A stretch of 55,294 nt of DNA, counting the filler, from Bipalium vagum (lineage: Eukaryota), in assembly GCA_037834085.1 (NCBI GenBank). It is 3 parts of 3 records of this genome, joined end to end, with 100 filler letters (N's around TTAATTAATTAA, not from the genome) between each part and the next. Parts side by side here need not be neighbours in the genome. Positions count along the whole stretch, not along the records: positions 39,708 to 55,294 come from JBBMKC010158003.1; 2 more parts are not named here. One strand, written 5' to 3'. Both the position numbers and the translations under genes were made by a program. Position 1 is the first letter of the stretch. Every line of letters starts with the position of its first letter. A model generated the notes under the pieces. That model was not told the origin of the DNA. It saw only the letters and a program-made list of their open reading frames with translations, and did not search any database. Shown piece by piece: positions 52,301 through 55,294 of the stretch.

Positions 52301-53266
52301 CTACCCGAAAATCATATTAGGTGTACAACTATGAATCCGGCTTTTTTAAAATGATAATAAAAATTTTGTTTGCTATAATTAATTATATTGAATTGATTTA
52401 TAAACAAAAATATCATATAATTAATAATATCAAAAGACAGTTGTTTTAATATTCCTTGTTTAAATATTATAGCGATTCAAAATGTCAATATTCATCCCAA
52501 ATAAACGACATTTGTGGGAAGTAATTCTACATTACTTTATTTCCAAGAAGACTGCAGCGGAAACGTGCCGCTTGCTTCGATATACCTATGGAGAACATGC
52601 TCCTTCGATGATCACATGTAAAGATTGGTTTTGCCGTTTTAGAAATGGCCAATATGATACGAACGACGAGGAGCATGGGAAGCCACAAAAACAATGTGAA
52701 ACATTATATGAAACATGGATTGATTAAATTACAATAAATGGCAAAGAAATAATTGATAATCAATAATTTTTAAGTTATTAGACTGAAAATTTGAAATTTA
52801 ACGATTAATTTTTAAAATTCTAAAATCAAAGAAAAAGAAAATGATATAGTATAACAATAAACGATAACCTCAACAGAAGCGATCAATGTGTCCCCGGATT
52901 GTCTGCTAGGGTCTGAATGGTGGCCTATGGACTTCTGAACTCCACAGGGCCGATTGCATAATCGAGGTGTGTCAACATCAAATACTGAAAACTTTTTTTT
53001 GTTTAAAAATAGCAAATATTTACTCGTTGTTAGATGATAACTTTAATAGTTTTGAGGTACCCACCTTGCTGTTTTTTTAAGCCTTTTAAGCTTTTTCCTG
53101 TCATTTAATTAATACGAGCATATATTAATTTAAGAAAAAATTAATCATTCATTGAATTTTCTCGCCAAAAAAATTGTATTTGTTTTCTTTCACCAAAAAA
53201 AATTATAAATATTGTTTAATTTAAAAGAAAATTGAAAAAAATTATCAAATTGGTATTATGATGATG

Positions 53267-53317
<51 letters not shown>

Positions 53318-53787
53318 TTTCACATTTTTTATTGAAAAGTGCTTACTTCTTTTAGTAAGAGAAAATTTTTTTTATAATCATAAATTATTTATTATTATTA
53401 CATTTTTACAAGGGAGAAGCTGACTTTGTTAAAATAATGTCCGAAGTCGATCCTAATGGTTCTGGTGTGATTACCTTTGGAGCTTTTATTGATTACATGG
53501 CCAAAGAAACTGCAGAACAAGATACACTTCAACAGATTCTTCAATCATTTAAAGTCTTGTGTCAGGATAAGGTATAACTCAGTTGTCTTGCTTACGTTGA
53601 TAATAATGCTTATGTTTTTTGCGGATGTCTTTAGGATTATATAACTGTTGACGAATTGCAAAGAGAATTGCCACCTACTGTAGCTGAGTATTGTATTTCA
53701 AATATGGTCCCTTATTCGGAGGGAGGAGAAGGAGCTTTGGATTACAAAATGTTCGCCTCTTCTCTGTATGGGCATTCAGATTTATAG
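40342..53787 (+). CDS. ACTN: Alpha-actinin, 3' half (end of spectrin repeat 2, repeats 3-4, EF-hands); 5' exons not visible
   Basis: Exons 40342-40450, 40497-40559, 40610-40687, 44689-44847, 45867-46154, 47620-47898, (48011-48040 optional), 53413-53571, 53635-53787, all GT-AG and in frame. Diagnostic alpha-actinin motifs: [105 protein letters not shown]. Confidence 0.95.
40907..42085 (+). mobile_element. Decayed mariner (DD34D) in an alpha-actinin intron
   Basis: TIRs TTCGGTGTGTGAATTAATTCTGTCCGTTTT and AAAACGGGCGGAATTAATTCACATACCTAA. Motifs W(F)[29 protein letters not shown]. Confidence 0.9.
44930..45125 (+). mobile_element. 3' end of a CR1/L2-type LINE
   Basis: [32 protein letters not shown] resembles the CR1 ORF2 C-terminal FFxxRxxxxWNxLP motif. 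Confidence 0.4.
46849..47300. mobile_element. Patchwork of hAT transposase fragments and a Tc2-like terminus
   Basis: [13 protein letters not shown] (+, 46849-46887; hAT first catalytic Asp motif). Repeated GCGTATTATA and terminus ...GAATACGGTA at about 46995. Confidence 0.45.
48011..48040 (+). CDS. ACTN: Candidate 30-nt in-frame microexon of alpha-actinin ([10 protein letters not shown])
   Basis: Long pyrimidine tract plus TAG acceptor at 48008-48010, consensus donor G|GTAAGT at 48041. Phase 0-0 matches the flanking exons and there is no stop codon. Confidence 0.6.
48758..50328 (+). mobile_element. Decayed Tc1 (DD34E) element with long IR/DR-type termini in an alpha-actinin intron
   Basis: TA+CAGTGATG..TATTCGTACACTT with an inner direct repeat at about 48946, mirrored at about 50129 and about 50297-50328. 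Motifs [45 protein letters not shown]. Confidence 0.85.
52317..52720 (+). mobile_element. 5' fragment of a mauritiana/Mos1-like mariner
   Basis: TA+[63 protein letters not shown] closely follows the Mos1 N-terminal HTH. Confidence 0.88.
53257..53315. repeat. (GAT)n(AAT)n microsatellite
   Basis: Seen directly, about 100 nt upstream of an alpha-actinin acceptor. Confidence 0.92.
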
Positions 53788-53929
53788 AAAATTTAATTTG
53801 AATTTGTTTCTCATTAGTTTTTGTAATTCTTTTTGTGGGATTTTCTATAACTAATTAATTCCAAACTTTATTGTCGCAATTCACACTGGGTATCAGTGTA
53901 ATGTTAAAATTTTCAATTTAATTTTTTAT

Positions 53930-53935
53930 AATAAA
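53930..53935 (+). promoter_or_regulatory. Candidate polyadenylation signal of alpha-actinin
   Basis: First AATAAA about 140 nt after the TAG stop, followed by T-rich sequence. Confidence 0.5.
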
Positions 53936-55294
53936 CTTATTACTGATTCATTTTATTTGATCCTTAAAATGTCCCCTCTCTTCACTTTCAATCGATAAAG
54001 TTGACAGGGGGAGGCAATATTGACGGAAATGAGTTATTGTTATCAATTGTTCATTTTTACTGGAGTTAATATTAAGCTGATTGGGGTTTTCGTGAAATTG
54101 CGGAAAGTTTCTTTTATTTTCCGTCTTCGAAATTTATTTTTCATAATTATTTTAAAAGATTGTTTTTTGACTGCGCTTTTATAGCAGTTTTCTACAGTAA
54201 ATCGACCAATCCAATCGATTGTTAAAAAAATTTCAACAATAACTTTTATTTTCCTTCCATAACTCGATTAGTGCTTTGAGTAAACTCAACAAAGATAAGA
54301 AAAAGATCTCGCTCTATTGTAAAAGATCGAATTGCCGCTCTACAAAATGTGTGAAGCCAAAGAAAAATATATTACCGGTAAATTGACATACAAATTTAAT
54401 AAAGGTTCAACTTCACATTACATATATGATATCAAAATACAGTAGAAGGCGCACAAAATTAAAATAAACTTTACAGAAACCCAGTACTCAATCTCGAACA
54501 CCGTTCCATACTTTGAAACTCAATTATCATGTTTGTGTTGTAAAATTGTCTTGCATTTAATATAAAATAAGTCATTTTTAATAACTAAAAATGTAGACAA
54601 TATTTTCACGGATATTTAAAATATGCTTTTGTACCAACTATCCATATATGCTTTCTCGTGACTCCTCACTTTTTATAACTCGTTTTGTTCGTAATTCCTC
54701 TCGACCTTTTCGATTTTAAAACACCCTCCACAATATTGTATCCGCACCCTTAAGAACTAATTCAAAATACTTAAACTAAAACTTTATTCATAACAATTAC
54801 AACTTCTAAATCAAAACCAAAACGTTATCTACGAATAAAATTAAAATCAAGTTCAACGTCAATACTGAAAAATAAAAGCAAAGCAATAATTAATAATAAT
54901 AACATAAACGAGAAATAAATAAAAGTTTCGATCTCACCAAGAGCGACAAGGGGTCCACGGGTCATCCTCTAGGCCCTTCTCAGGTCGCCTAGGGGTTGCT
55001 GAGTCCCTTTGTAAAAATCCGGCTACATCATCAAAAAAAACAATCTTTCTGCCTATAAAATTACCAAGATCGTCCTCGGCCGGTACCCGGTTCTCGTCTT
55101 CTTCGGAAATAATCTGGGTAGAAATAATCTTGTGGTTAAAAATCTTCTTCGAGTAGGCTTCGTCGCAAATAATCCTTTTCTCTTGTGTTGTTAAATTATG
55201 GAGGCTCTGTCGCTAATGGGAATAGCCGTCTCCTTTTATAGTCGTAGAGATTGGTCTACGATCACCAATCCCTACGCTTAGAGACGGCTATTTT

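Overview
AT-rich eukaryotic (metazoan) nuclear DNA. It is most likely from a free-living flatworm such as a triclad planarian; this is an inference from composition, 46-70 nt minimal GT-AG introns, abundant decayed Tc1/mariner and Gypsy elements and (AAT)n tracts. It is scaffolded sequence with two 100-bp gap spacers. Two host genes can be rebuilt by hand with consistent splice phases. (1) A 19-coding-exon minus-strand gene (21441..7526, about 2104 aa) has a Hook/NuMA-type N-terminal domain, about 1500 aa of coiled coil and a basic, CDK-site-rich tail; it is very probably a divergent NuMA/Mud/LIN-5 orthologue. (2) The 3' half of alpha-actinin lies on the plus strand (40342..53787) and includes a candidate 30-nt microexon between EF-hands 1 and 2. 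The rest is mostly decayed mobile DNA: mariner, Tc1, rosa-like, maT-like, pogo/Tigger, hAT and CR1 fragments and Ty3/Gypsy gag-protease relics. There is also an intact intronless tandem-HTH ORF (27910..28461) and a strand-skewed probable mitochondrial insertion (about 28.7-30.5 kb) interrupted by a perfect-TIR MITE. No prokaryotic system, CRISPR array, rRNA or convincing tRNA is visible. All homology calls come from motif recognition, not database searches.
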